64,000 bases of DNA. Source: Tubiluchus corallicola (lineage: Eukaryota; Animalia; Priapulida). Under the pieces are notes generated by a model. The model worked only from the letters and a program-made list of their open reading frames with translations. It did no database searches and was not told where the DNA came from. The stretch lies in NCBI GenBank assembly GCA_030141605.1, contig JAQGDQ010000008.1:1612001-1676000 (forward strand). Direction: 5' to 3'. A program made the translations under genes and the position numbers. The first letter of the stretch is position 1; each line of letters opens with the position of its first letter. Positions 53,701 to 64,000 of the stretch are shown here, in pieces.

Positions 53701-53800
53701 CATACTTGCAATCGCTGATATGAAACGACTTTTTGTTTTTTCACGAAAAAAAAAGAAATATTTTGAAACTATGTAGACTAATAACATGATAAATAAATTA

Positions 53801-54820
53801 TCAACTTTCTTCTCTCATTGCATCCCAGTTTAACTTGACCGGATCGTCGAGAAATTCCACGAACGAAGAGTTCCAAGATGTCAGCGGTTCAAAATCACAT
53901 ACACCCAGTGCCTCTTTCCCATTACTCTTATAATTCATTCCCTTTTCTCGTCTATTGCAAGCCAGTGTTCTATTCTCAGGTAAATTAGCGTACAGCGTAT
54001 ATAAGTTGTTCACTGCGAAATAATACATTATGTAAGAAGAAGGCATGGTCTTCATTTTTAAATGTCGCTTTGGCAACCAGGCATTTGTGATCAATCTTTG
54101 TCCAGAAATTTTTGGAACAAAAGTGTCATCTTTCATGACTGAGTACACCCAGTGCCGAAACTGCTTCCACTTTTCTGGAATAGGTGCTAGTCCCCAAGTG
54201 CCCACTTGGTGATACGCAAACACGTCTATGTCGCGGCACTCTTGACAGAGAGGGTTTCTGTGTCTTCCAGTACGCGAAATCAAAGTACCTCTCTGCAATG
54301 TTACAGCCCCAATGTCTGTTCTGTTATGATATCGCAAAAGTGTAGCTTTGAGCCAGATGTAGAAGTAAGGAGAGACTTCGAGATCGTCTTCCAAAATGAG
54401 CCCGTACTCCCCTTCTACTTCAGAAGGTCTCCAGCAATCGTACCATTGCAAATATGGACCTTGATGAATAGGATGTACTATTGTTTTCTTTTCTCCGTAT
54501 TTCCACACGAATGAGTTAATGACATCAAGCGTTTCCTGTGACACTGTACCATCTGTGGCGTCTCTATCTACACATATCTTCAGTCGAACTTCTTCATTGT
54601 TGTATTCGCTAGAACTAATAGATTTGAGTAGTCTCTTCAACGATTCTGGTCTGTTGTGCGTCAGCACAGCCAGCTCTAGCAGGAAAACCTCGTCGTCTGT
54701 TTCTTGGTTAACCCGCAAGACTAGAGAGATTATTAGATGTCTGATTATCAGAATAACACAAGTTATGCAGAAGACAGATTTTAGTCTGTCTTTCCAACGT
54801 TGTATACGTAGTTTATGCAT
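53801..54820 (-). CDS. Type II membrane GT-A-fold glycosyltransferase, 339 aa, intronless
   Basis: Short basic N-tail and TM helix (SVFCITCVILIIRHLIISLVL), then LAVLTHNRPESLKRLLKSI (nucleotide-sugar binding strand/helix), LKICVD, W.YGEK, ILEDDLEVSPYFY (DxD-equivalent EDD) and QVGTWG. The 1020-nt ORF is uninterrupted. Confidence 0.88.
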   Translation of the reverse strand: MHKLRIQRWKDRLKSVFCITCVILIIRHLIISLVLRVNQETDDEVFLLELAVLTHNRPESLKRLLKSISSSEYNNEEVRLKICVDRDATDGTVSQETLDVINSFVWKYGEKKTIVHPIHQGPYLQWYDCWRPSEVEGEYGLILEDDLEVSPYFYIWLKATLLRYHNRTDIGAVTLQRGTLISRTGRHRNPLCQECRDIDVFAYHQVGTWGLAPIPEKWKQFRHWVYSVMKDDTFVPKISGQRLITNAWLPKRHLKMKTMPSSYIMYYFAVNNLYTLYANLPENRTLACNRREKGMNYKSNGKEALGVCDFEPLTSWNSSFVEFLDDPVKLNWDAMREES

Positions 54821-55505
54821 TCAAATAATTTACTATTCAACGTTGAGCTTCAAATCGTTCATGCACTTTTTTCATTCTAAAATTACCACACTAGTGTGGG
54901 CAACATTAAGTACTGGGATACATTCACACCTGGGGAAGTATTTTAGTGACTGAGTTCACTAACACTGACTGATGTTACTTGTCGTTTTAAATTGGTCGCT
55001 TCCGCATAAATAAGTGCTACAGAGCTATTCAAATTGCCCCCAGCGACCAACTGTTCGCGGTACTTTGCATGTAAGAATTCTCCAGTCGTGCAGATTTTGG
55101 CTATTGCGTTTATGAAAATCAATATCTTGCTGTGCAGGTATTTCTTGCTTGGATTTAGGATATACTTAATTATCAAGAAGTCAAAAATTATATCCTTGCG
55201 TATAAACTCTTTGATATAAGTCATTCAATGAAATGATCATGTATAGAACTGGAGCAATTGCAAATTAATTCATTAAGTGGCAATTTAAATGAGACAATAG
55301 CAAAATATTTGATTGTAGAAGCTACGATGTCCGACTTCTTCTTTTCAGCTTCTCTCTTTTCTTGTTTTCTTTTTTCTTCTGTCTCTCGTGTTTCATTTTT
55401 GCCTTATACACATTAACAAACACACCACGCTCGCAATATGGTGAGTCAACCAAGATTTGAACTCAGAACATGTGTTTGCATTCCAGCTATTTACTCAGCA
55501 TGGCA

Positions 55506-55507
<2 letters not shown>

Positions 55508-55581
<74 letters not shown>

Positions 55582-55619
55582 GTCTCTCTCTTCTCTCTCT
55601 CTATTTCTCTTCTCTCTGT

Positions 55620-55703
<84 letters not shown>

Positions 55704-55735
55704 TCTCTCTTCTATCTTTGTCTCTCTCTCTCTCC
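55508..55735. repeat. (CT)n microsatellite
   Basis: Long CT tracts. Explains four spurious ORFs. Confidence 0.95.
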
Positions 55736-56279
55736 TATTTTTCTCTCCTTTCCTTCTGACATGGTTATTCCAAATTGAAATAGGCAAAACATTTAGGCCA
55801 AAGTTCTAATGCAGAACCAGCCAGTATTTAAATTACAGTTCAGTAAATTTGACTAGCCGCAGGCGGTCTACTGCAATTAAAAGATTATTCACGTTCTAAA
55901 AGTTACACTGTCGAATAAACTGTAATGAGAGGAGCTGTTGTGGTACAAATTTGGGCAAAGATTCAACTTTTACAGCTTTCTAAATTGCTTTCTTGTTAAC
56001 ATGTCCTATCTGTAATTTATTGCGCCTTCCTTTTTATATATTGTTTCATTTATATGTAAATAAATAAATGACTAAATAAATAAATAAGTGAATGAATGAA
56101 TGAAAGCAAGAAAAATGACTACCTGACGACCGAAAGTACGCGCAGCGTAAAACTGAATAAAGGTGGCAGCACCTACCAATGTGCCTTCCTGTTTATATAT
56201 TGTTGCATTTATATATAAATAAATAAATAAATAAGTGAATGAATGAATGAATTGTCTGTGGCTGATTTGTGATCATCTG

Positions 56280-56745
56280 TTTTTATTTATTTTATTATTC
56301 GCACCCAATAGTAAAACACAGTCTACAATAAAAACAGTATATATAAAACACGTTGGCAAAACATACAAATAAAATATTTACAAGAGTGTGGGAAAGACAC
56401 AAAGAGATTAACTACTTACATGTGTCTATTGTGTACAAGGAATTTATGCAAGTTAACTTTATATAAGCGGCTTTTAAATAACTTCATATTTTGTGCAGTT
56501 ATGAGTGGTGCACCATCAACATATGCAGGCAATGGGTTTCAAATCGATAAAACTCGATTTGAGAAAAGTTGACCAATGATACTTTAGCTGTTCGACTCAC
56601 GAAAAGCTTTAGAAAATGATTTTGCCTTGTTCTATTGTAAGATACACGAGTAAAAAATTTGTCAACATCAACTTCTCTATGAATAATTTGGTAGCATAAA
56701 GCTAAATCTTTTTGAATGGGTCTTTCCTCTAAAGACTTTAGATCT
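56280..56745 (-). mobile_element. Decayed CR1-type LINE 3' end
   Basis: Minus strand gives KSLEERPIQKDLALCYQIIHREVDVDKFFT..RTRQNHFLKLF..FSNRVLSI*NPLP, then a 3' UTR and aataaaataaataaa tail. Confidence 0.7.
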
Positions 56746-57037
56746 GTCGGAGATCTGATATATCAGTGTGCAGAGGTATGATGCTGATGACGATAGTGGC
56801 GATGATGAAAATGGTTACGATGATGATGTTAAATCGGAAACCAACGGCCATTTTTTCCATTGTATTAAATGATAAAGCCTTGTACAGAAATAAATGCATA
56901 TATGTATTAAACTGGTTTCAATGATATATGATATTATATTTTTAACCGAGCGCCTATTGGTAATGTTGTGACAGGTGTGTTATTTTGTATCTTAAGACTA
57001 CTTCGCGAATTTCTTGTTTAAATCACGGATGTAAATG

Positions 57038-57046
57038 TATAAAAGG
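57038..57046 (+). promoter_or_regulatory. Candidate TATA box of the secreted Cys-rich gene
   Basis: gTATAAAAgg, followed ~100 nt later by GTAAGC donors (57138, 57151) and then acceptor ttttag| at 57377 before the ATG exon. Confidence 0.4.
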
Positions 57047-57396
57047 AAGTGGAACTTCCATTCCATACCCTGGATGGGGGAAGATTAGCACTTTTAAACA
57101 CCTGTTGCTAGACTCACTTTGACAACTCTTTTCACTGTAAGCATACATCTGTAAGCATTGTCGATAGAATGTTAATAATTAACCTGAAGTATATATATAT
57201 AATAATATATATATATATATAAATCCATGCCATCAATCCATGCATGCATGAAATGCTACATGGTCATTAATAGTAGTTTTGATTTCAGGCAGGATTTCAA
57301 GGACTGTGTTTTTTTGCGAAAGGCAAAGTGAATTTTGAATACTATATAGATACATGTATATTATGTATTTGTTTTAGGTATATTGTTAAAAAGGCA

Positions 57397-60300
57397 ATGG
57401 AACGTCTTATTGTCTTTGCACTTCTTTTTGCTGGCGCACGGGGTAAGCAGTTTTCAGGTTACTAGTTCGTGGAAATTTTGCACACATAATTCTGAACAAA
57501 ATGGCAGCTTTGAACAGTTGAGAATTATTAATCGAAGAATGTTGAAGGATGGTGATGGAATGTAAAATACGTATAACTTTCTAATAATCTAATGTGTGCT
57601 GGCTGTGCCAGTATTTAAAGATAATAGATGTAGAATTTGGCAATTGGGGGTTACATATCAGACAAGACGACTCCGTACAGCTATTTGCACATCTATTTCC
57701 AAAAATTGTGTTTAAAATATGAAAATAAGACTAATAAGGTGGAAAGTATTAACGTTAGGTTATTTTTCCCAACAAATGTAAAATTTATATGTGCTCCATT
57801 TCTGGGGCAGTTCGTTCTTCTTCGTGCTGTTTAAACTTTCATTTCTGTCATTAATTAAGCGCCTATGATCACACAAAAGCTATGAAAATTATTTTGAGTG
57901 TAATTTTTAACAGAATTTTCACTACATTACCGTCGTCTAAAGTCTTTCATGCCCACTGCAATAAGAAGTTCGTATATATTTTTACAGCTTACTACCAAGA
58001 GTCAGCTTGTGCAGCAGTAGGTGGTAGATGTTCGTATGTGTCATATTGTCGGGGCACATCGTTGAGTGGCAAATGTCCGACACAGCCATATGACGTTAAG
58101 TGCTGCACCGGAAGTAAGTTATTTTCCTATGTTTTGCACTCGCCGAGTTCTTAATATTCCTTTTACCTACAAAGTTTACCCGAGAAAGCGGATAGTTAAC
58201 TAAATCCTTGTAATTTTGCATTCTCTAATGCTACCAATTCTGATCATTGTTACTGAGTAAATTTTTTGTACTTTGAAAGAAATGTCAAAATTTCTGTGTC
58301 AGCACCTTAATTTTTTGCTAACATTTTGCTTAACAGTTTGAAGTTGTTTTTTACAAAGCAACTGTAATTTCCGACAAGCATTGGTGGTCATTGACGTAGA
58401 AAATCTTCGTACAACGCAAATGCAAAAGAGAAGCAGAGCCGAGATACAACAACAACAACAACGACGACGACGATGACGAAGACGACAACGGCGGCGGCGA
58501 CGACGACGACGACAACAACAACAACAACAACAACTATAATGATAATAATAACTGCAAATTTATAATAGTATTAGGTCAATGTTTTAAAAAAGCTTATATA
58601 TTTACATTTATTACAACTGTTTAAAATTATGCTAGTTGAAATCCAAGCAAAAGACAAAATAATGATAAAAAATGCCAGTCTATTAAGGCGTACAATATTA
58701 ATTTTTTTCAGTCTACCAGGAAGACAAGTGTTCTCGCATTGGCGGAACGTGCACAACTAGTTGTTTTGGTACAACACATAGTGGCTACTGTCCGACTCAG
58801 GGTAGCAATGTTCGATGCTGTGTGATCAATAGTGGTAAGAATTCAATGTTAATTTTTGCGTCATCACTATACTGCTTTTACAAGTTATTTATGCTATATC
58901 ATTTTGTTTTCTTGTGGTTTAGAACTTCTTTCCCAGTAAAAGAGATAAAATTATCTATACAGCAACAGGTTTATTTTATCGTTTAATTTTAAGCTTTCTG
59001 CGCGAATATAACTTTTTATGAAACTTTCTCTTTCTTGTCAACACTGGTACGTACGCTAGTGACATTACCATGAGCAATACACTTTAAAACTAGCTTCTGT
59101 TGCTGCTGAGGTTAGTAAAACGCCAATTATATTTTTATTTCTACCGCGCATTTAATCAGATCATAAATTTTATACTAATTATTGTTACATAGACTCATAT
59201 TGTTACAGATACTTGTGATGATCCTGTTGCTAAGGAGTATGCTTGCAAACTGTTCTCCATGCACGAACAAAACAAAGTGTTTCTGAAACCAAACCACTTC
59301 AATTCTGTTGCTAGGTACCTGTGACGACCCTGTCGCTAGGGACTATGCCTGCCTCCTAGTTTCAATGCACGATCAAGGCAGAGTTTACCTAAAACCAGAT
59401 CATTTTGACCCACAAGGTAACAATCCATATGATGGTGCAGCAGTTCTTGACAACATCAAAGACACGTGCAACGGACTAGCAGTAAAGCGGTCCAGGTACA
59501 TTTACCAACAGTATAAATTAACTTCTTATAGAATGTCTGTATTTGGGTAATCTTTGTCCTTTTGTTTGGAGACTTTATTTGAGCCCCAGTAATTATGGTA
59601 ACATATAATACTTGGTTGGTTTTTTGTTTTGTTTACTGTAGCTATTGCTGCTCTTCGGGCTGTTCCCCAGGTGGAAAGGTATGCCTGCAAGGCAAGATGG
59701 TGAGAAATCTGTACAATTATGCAGACAGCTTCTGGAATACCCATTCTCAAGTTATGGAAGTGAGTGTAATTAGACTTATATTGAAAAGAAAGTGGATTAT
59801 CATTTAGCGTGCAAGATGTTTATTCTTTTAAAATTGGCATGATTCTAAAGCACTGGTTAGCACGAACCCTATTTATACTTTTGTAATTTGAATGAACGAC
59901 TTTGTGAAGTTACATTTTTTTGCTGGGTATTATAATATTTTTATTACTATGTAGATCATTGCCACTATAACAATCATTACAACGTTGACATGTTAAGCCT
60001 TTAAAAAAACAGTGAAGTGGATAACACAGTACTCATAACGCCTACAAATTTTTGTGTTGTTGCTTGCTTCATAGTCAAACGTAGCCCAAGAATGCAACTT
60101 TTAACAGGGTGCCTTAGTACTTGAGACTGTTCATTCAGTGCTTTGATGTAAGGAGTAGTAACACTGAGAATGACATACTTAAAATTTCGTTTTTTTATTT
60201 AGTAGTAGTTTACAAGAATTAATATACATATCACATGATTCAACGACTCATTTAATGATACGCTCTTATATAAATCAATTCGCTTCAATTCCAACAGGTT

Positions 60301-60498
60301 AACTCCTTGGCTGGTTCCTGTCACTCGACCACCTCTAAACACTACCGTGGGTCCACGTACGATGTACGCTGTACATATCCCATCAACCATTGCAAGGCTC
60401 TTGAGAATCATTGTAGGAGTGAAGACCCTGTGGAGCTGTGTTACCCTGGTGGCCCTTGCTCTGGACACAATACCTGGGTGCACTGTGCTTTTGCTTAA
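57397..60498 (+). CDS. Secreted protein: signal peptide + 2 beta-defensin-like 6-Cys modules + Zn DD-peptidase/Hedgehog-fold (M15/LAS-like) domain, 264 aa; exons 57397-57442, 57988-58113, 58712-58834, 59315-59495, 59642-59759, 60298-60498
   Basis: Spliced: MERLIVFALLFAGAR/AYYQESACAAVGGRCSYVSYCRGTSLSGKCPTQPYDVKCCTG/IYQEDKCSRIGGTCTTSCFGTTHSGYCPTQGSNVRCCVINS/GTCDDPVARDYACLLVSMHDQGRVYLKPDHFDPQGNNPYDGAAVLDNIKDTCNGLAVKRS/SYCCSSGCSPGGKVCLQGKMVRNLYNYADSFWNTHSQVME/VNSLAGSCHSTTSKHYRGSTYDVRCTYPINHCKALENHCRSEDPVELCYPGGPCSGHNTWVHCAFA*. All junctions are GT-AG and phase-consistent (795 nt). H-x6-D (HYRGSTYD) plus a distal WVH matches the LAS/M15 Zn-ligand pattern. Confidence 0.85.
59209..59314 (+). other. 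Diverged partial duplicate of exon 4 (exon 4a)
   Basis: Acceptor ttgttacag| then DTCDDPVAKEYACKLFSMHEQNKVFLKPNHF, versus exon 4b GTCDDPVARDYACLLVSMHDQGRVYLKPDHF. It abuts 4b at AG|GT (59313-59316). Confidence 0.85.
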
Positions 60499-60794
60499 TC
60501 AAAGGCAGAGTTAGAGACATATTGCTAAACTTTTAGCATGTTAACAAGCCATATATCTCATGCTATTGCAGTATGTAATCTTTATGCTGTGCACATTTTT
60601 ACTGTATTTAAAAGTAATTGAAAATTACTGAAAATTAACAATGTTATTAGTTATTACTAGCAAAAACGTTTTTATCTTTTGTTTGTTGAAGTAAGGATGT
60701 TACAACGCAGCCTTACTACAACTGCATAGCCATTAACTTATACAAATACTTTACTGTCATCACGGCATTACTATTATCACCATGTCGATTACTG

Positions 60795-60960
60795 CTGCCA
60801 TCATAATCATCATCATCATCATGATCATCATCATGGTCGTCATCATCATGATCATGATCATCGTCATCATCATAATTAATTTTGCTCTCATTAGTGCTAC
60901 TGTTGCCACTACCGCCACCACACTCCTCGTCGCTATCACCCTCAGCACCCATTGTCATTA
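60795..60960. repeat. (CAT)n-rich low-complexity tract
   Basis: Explains poly-Asp, poly-Met and poly-Ile ORFs at 60716-61078. Confidence 0.85.
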
Positions 60961-61716
60961 CAATTATATCGATCTGCACACCTCGGCACCTAAAAGATGT
61001 CTGGATACATATGTTATAAAATTTATGGCACTAGTTTGGTTGAATAAAATCATCAGCGTGTTTTTAATAGATTGCTGACCATCACGGAGTGTGTCAGAAA
61101 AATTTATTGTATTTCAATATTATGGGTTTTGTAAATTAAACACTAGCAGAATAAAAATTTATATGAACTGGCTATAAACGCTATAGTATTAATACTATTT
61201 TTTGGCGATATACACGAGCAACAAAGATTTTTGAATAGACAATTATAAAGTAGGTCTGCTGTTCAAGTTGCACGTGAGCTAGCATTGTACCTGTTATATG
61301 TACCTGTAACTTTGATTTAATAAAAGGTTTCTGCTGTATGCTACCAGTCAACGCTTCAACTCGGGTGGATATTCGAGATTATAAAGAGGTATGGTTTACT
61401 GTAGATTGTGACCAGAGTTTTTCAGCGTTTATATGCTAGCCTGTAAACATGCTGAATAAGTTCCCTCACATGCGATTGCGTATAAAGTTCAGTATGCCCA
61501 CATTCTTCATAAGCCCAATTTAGACATCTGGATATTATCAAATGTCCCACTTGAGTCGTGACTATGGTGTTTGTTTAACAAAATTGTCAAGGCGTTTTAT
61601 CTAGTGATTGTCGTAACAAGTCTGGCACACCACGTGATACAATTTTGTCAATCGGCCACTTTGCCTTAAATTTAAAATTCTCTGAGTCTGTTTGTTGGTA
61701 CGCCTAGATTACCACG

Positions 61717-61762
61717 ATGAAACTTTTGGTGGCGTTTATGCTGCTTGTTGCTGGCACGCAAG
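61717..61762 (+). CDS. Signal-peptide exon of a probable tandem paralogue of the 57397-60498 gene (rest not identified in window)
   Basis: cctag|attaccacgATG then MKLLVAFMLLVAGTQ g|gtaagc. It has the same 46-nt coding length, phase-1 donor GTAAGC and gctggc.c.c end as exon 57397-57442. A TATAAA lies at ~61481. Confidence 0.6.
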
Positions 61763-61974
61763 GTAAGCGTTTTCCGCATTTAGCCACATTTGCATGATAA
61801 GTGCACAAATACTCCATACCTAAGGTAATACTTTAAAAGTAAGCTTCAAAAGTAGTTGTCTGCAAATACTTAGAAACATTGCCTTTTTAACATTTGACCT
61901 TGCAACAAAGATAAATGACTGTAACTAGTTAATTGTGAAATAAAGTTCATTGAAATGAGAAAATGTTCAGTGAA

Positions 61975-62098
61975 GATATCCTAAATTTGCCCAATGTGAA
62001 ATAAAACTCGTCCAGGTAAGAAAACAGACAGTAAAGATATCCTAAATTTGCCCAATGTGAAATAAAACTCATCCAGGTAAGAGAATGGACAATAAAGA
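61975..62098. repeat. 61-bp tandem repeat, 2 copies (left part of an interrupted array)
   Basis: Unit gatatcctaaatttgcccaatgtgaaataaaactcgtccaggtaagaaaa..gacagtaaa. Confidence 0.9.
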
Positions 62099-63465
62099 AA
62101 TTATCACGACCTCTTTTCTCGATAGATTGATCGTATAGTTTATCTAGCCGTATCGAGTGATCATGAATTAATCGTATAGATTTTATGGATGTATTAGATT
62201 TTATAGATTCGCTTCCCGTTTGCTATGAGGTGATTGATCGCTTTTCAGTCACCTGACTCCGAGGGCTTTAGTTCAGTCTATCAGGCAATGATGATGTCCT
62301 TCAAGACTATCACTTCGACCTTGCATTGTGAGTGGAGGCCTATTTCCCTCAAGTTAACAAGCGTAGCTCCCGCAATTGAGCTTTCTTAAGTACAATGTGA
62401 ATCTCTCAAGTTCGTATCTAGGATTTAGTGTTGCTTTACTGTGAACGCTCTTAATCATACAAGAACTTGTTATCTGCGTTACTACAGTGAACAGACTTTA
62501 TTAGATTACAAATTACATGTTATCTACTCTGGCTTTCTTTACACGATTTGTCCTTATATGCCGGTGGGCGCTTACAACTAGAGTATAGCTCCAGCGAAGA
62601 TGCTATTCACTTTAAGTACTCACAGTTCGATATGCTGCACTGAAGGTGGTTAATACAATGCGAATGCTACAGTTATACAGATTTAGACTCAGATACAAAT
62701 AAGTTGAATTCATTTAACTTGTGGATTGACCAATGTACCCTTACACTTGGTCAAATCCTGATTGCTTATCGAGACCACGTCGCACCAGTGCTCAGTCTTG
62801 GCTGAGAACGTAGAATCCGATCCACGCTGGGCTAAAACGCTGCTTCTGTCATCTAGAAGTTTGTCTCGGACAGAACACGATGGCGGCAACCACTGTCAGA
62901 CTCTCTCCTTCGTTGTGTAAATCTCTAGTATCTTACCAGAGCTTATATCTCTGAGAGCTGACCTTCGATGATATTGCACCGTATGGCACATCCAGCAACA
63001 TCTGTGGCATCTGCTACCTCCCGTCAAGAGACTTCTGATTTTACAATCAGTAATGAGTTCTCTTGAATTCCATCGTCTTTTGAGACCTTCCTACCGTCGT
63101 CGGCAAATCTTCAGATTTCTCTCTCTAATGTCACTGAGCACTGATAGAGACCTTGGCTGCTATCATAAAGTTACTTCTACGCGACATCTAAATCGCTCTA
63201 GAACCTCTCTTAATTAGTTCTAACTCTGCATGTATCCCTTTTGAGACAATAGTGGCTTTCTTAAACAAGACACTTGCATTTCTGTAACACGTGTGACAAT
63301 TCTGTCGCATTAAATTCGTACTACCAGCTGGGTGAGTTTCTCTGTCAACCGTGTAAATTTATTTCATGAAATCAGGGAGGCGTGAGTTTATCAACTGAAT
63401 CTAATTCAGCTGATAACTCTATTAATTATCTTCCAAAATACATATTCATAAATTTATTCATAGCA

Positions 63466-63652
63466 ATATCCTAAATTTGCCCAATGTGAAATAAAGCTCG
63501 TCCACGTAAGAAAATGGACAGTAAAGATATCCTAAATTTGCCCAATGTGAAATAAAACTCGTCTAGGTAAGAAAATGGACAGTAAAGACATCCTAAATTT
63601 GCCCATTGCGAAATAAAACTCGTCCTGGTAAGAAAATGGACAACAAAGATAT
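63466..63652. repeat. 61-bp tandem repeat, 3 copies (right part of the array)
   Basis: Same unit and orientation as 61975-62098. Confidence 0.9.
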
Positions 63653-64000
63653 AACCTACGTAAAGTTAATGTGCACATGAAATAAACTGAATAGAATAGA
63701 TATTCTTGTGAAAGACTATAATATTCAATGTGCTTCACAGAACAGAACAATATGCTTTAATTTTGAAATTTTATTAATCTGTATTCATAACTTGTTGAAT
63801 GGAGTATGAATGCCGATATTTTAGTTTACAATCAAAGTATGTTAGCAATATCAGTGCCAGAATCTTACCAAGATCTGGTTTTATTGTAATTTTTTTTACA
63901 AAACAGCTCGAATTGTATGATTCAATATGGATGCTGATTACTGTAAAGAAAACTGGACAGAATGCTTTTGCTGCTGGTATACCTTGTATTGGAAAATATT

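Noticed and set aside
60298-60498. Calling the secreted gene a hedgehog
   Set aside because: It shares only the Zn-site pattern. It lacks the CGPGR N-terminus, the Hh-specific conserved blocks and the Hint/intein domain.
62563-62648. Possible decayed defensin-like exon (ggtgggcgc..acaactag..gttcga..tgctgcactgaag|gt)
   Set aside because: Needs several indels, most cysteines are missing, there is no clear acceptor, and it lies inside the apparent insertion.

Overview
AT-rich, intron-containing animal (invertebrate) genomic DNA. No prokaryotic operons, rRNA, intact tRNA or CRISPR are visible. Genes reconstructed by hand from GT-AG boundaries, in order: (1) the last four coding exons of a TBC1D15/17-like Rab-GAP (+, 1617-4825); (2) a complete 12-coding-exon histidine decarboxylase (Hdc, -, 9528-26660); (3) an intronless Tctex1-domain dynein light chain (+, 38875-39420); (4) an intronless EFCAB9 homologue, a CatSper Ca2+ sensor (+, 40082-40813); (5) an intronless type II membrane GT-A glycosyltransferase (-, 53801-54820); (6) a secreted protein with two beta-defensin-like 6-Cys modules fused to a Zn DD-peptidase/Hedgehog-fold (M15/LAS-like) domain (+, 57397-60498), followed by the signal-peptide exon of a likely tandem paralogue (61717-61762). 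The rest is MITEs, decayed LINEs, minisatellites and microsatellites. Most striking: (a) the defensin-like plus M15-like gene, a candidate antibacterial cell-wall hydrolase or binder, with a duplicated exon 4 whose junction is one AG|GT usable as donor or acceptor in compatible phase; (b) the 5' splice sites of two consecutive Hdc exons are each amplified into tandem arrays (11x and about 17x); (c) an in-frame, GTG-startable 85-codon extension upstream of the Hdc ATG; (d) a ~260-bp-arm hairpin upstream of Hdc. All family assignments come from motif recognition and recalled sequences. No database searches were run.
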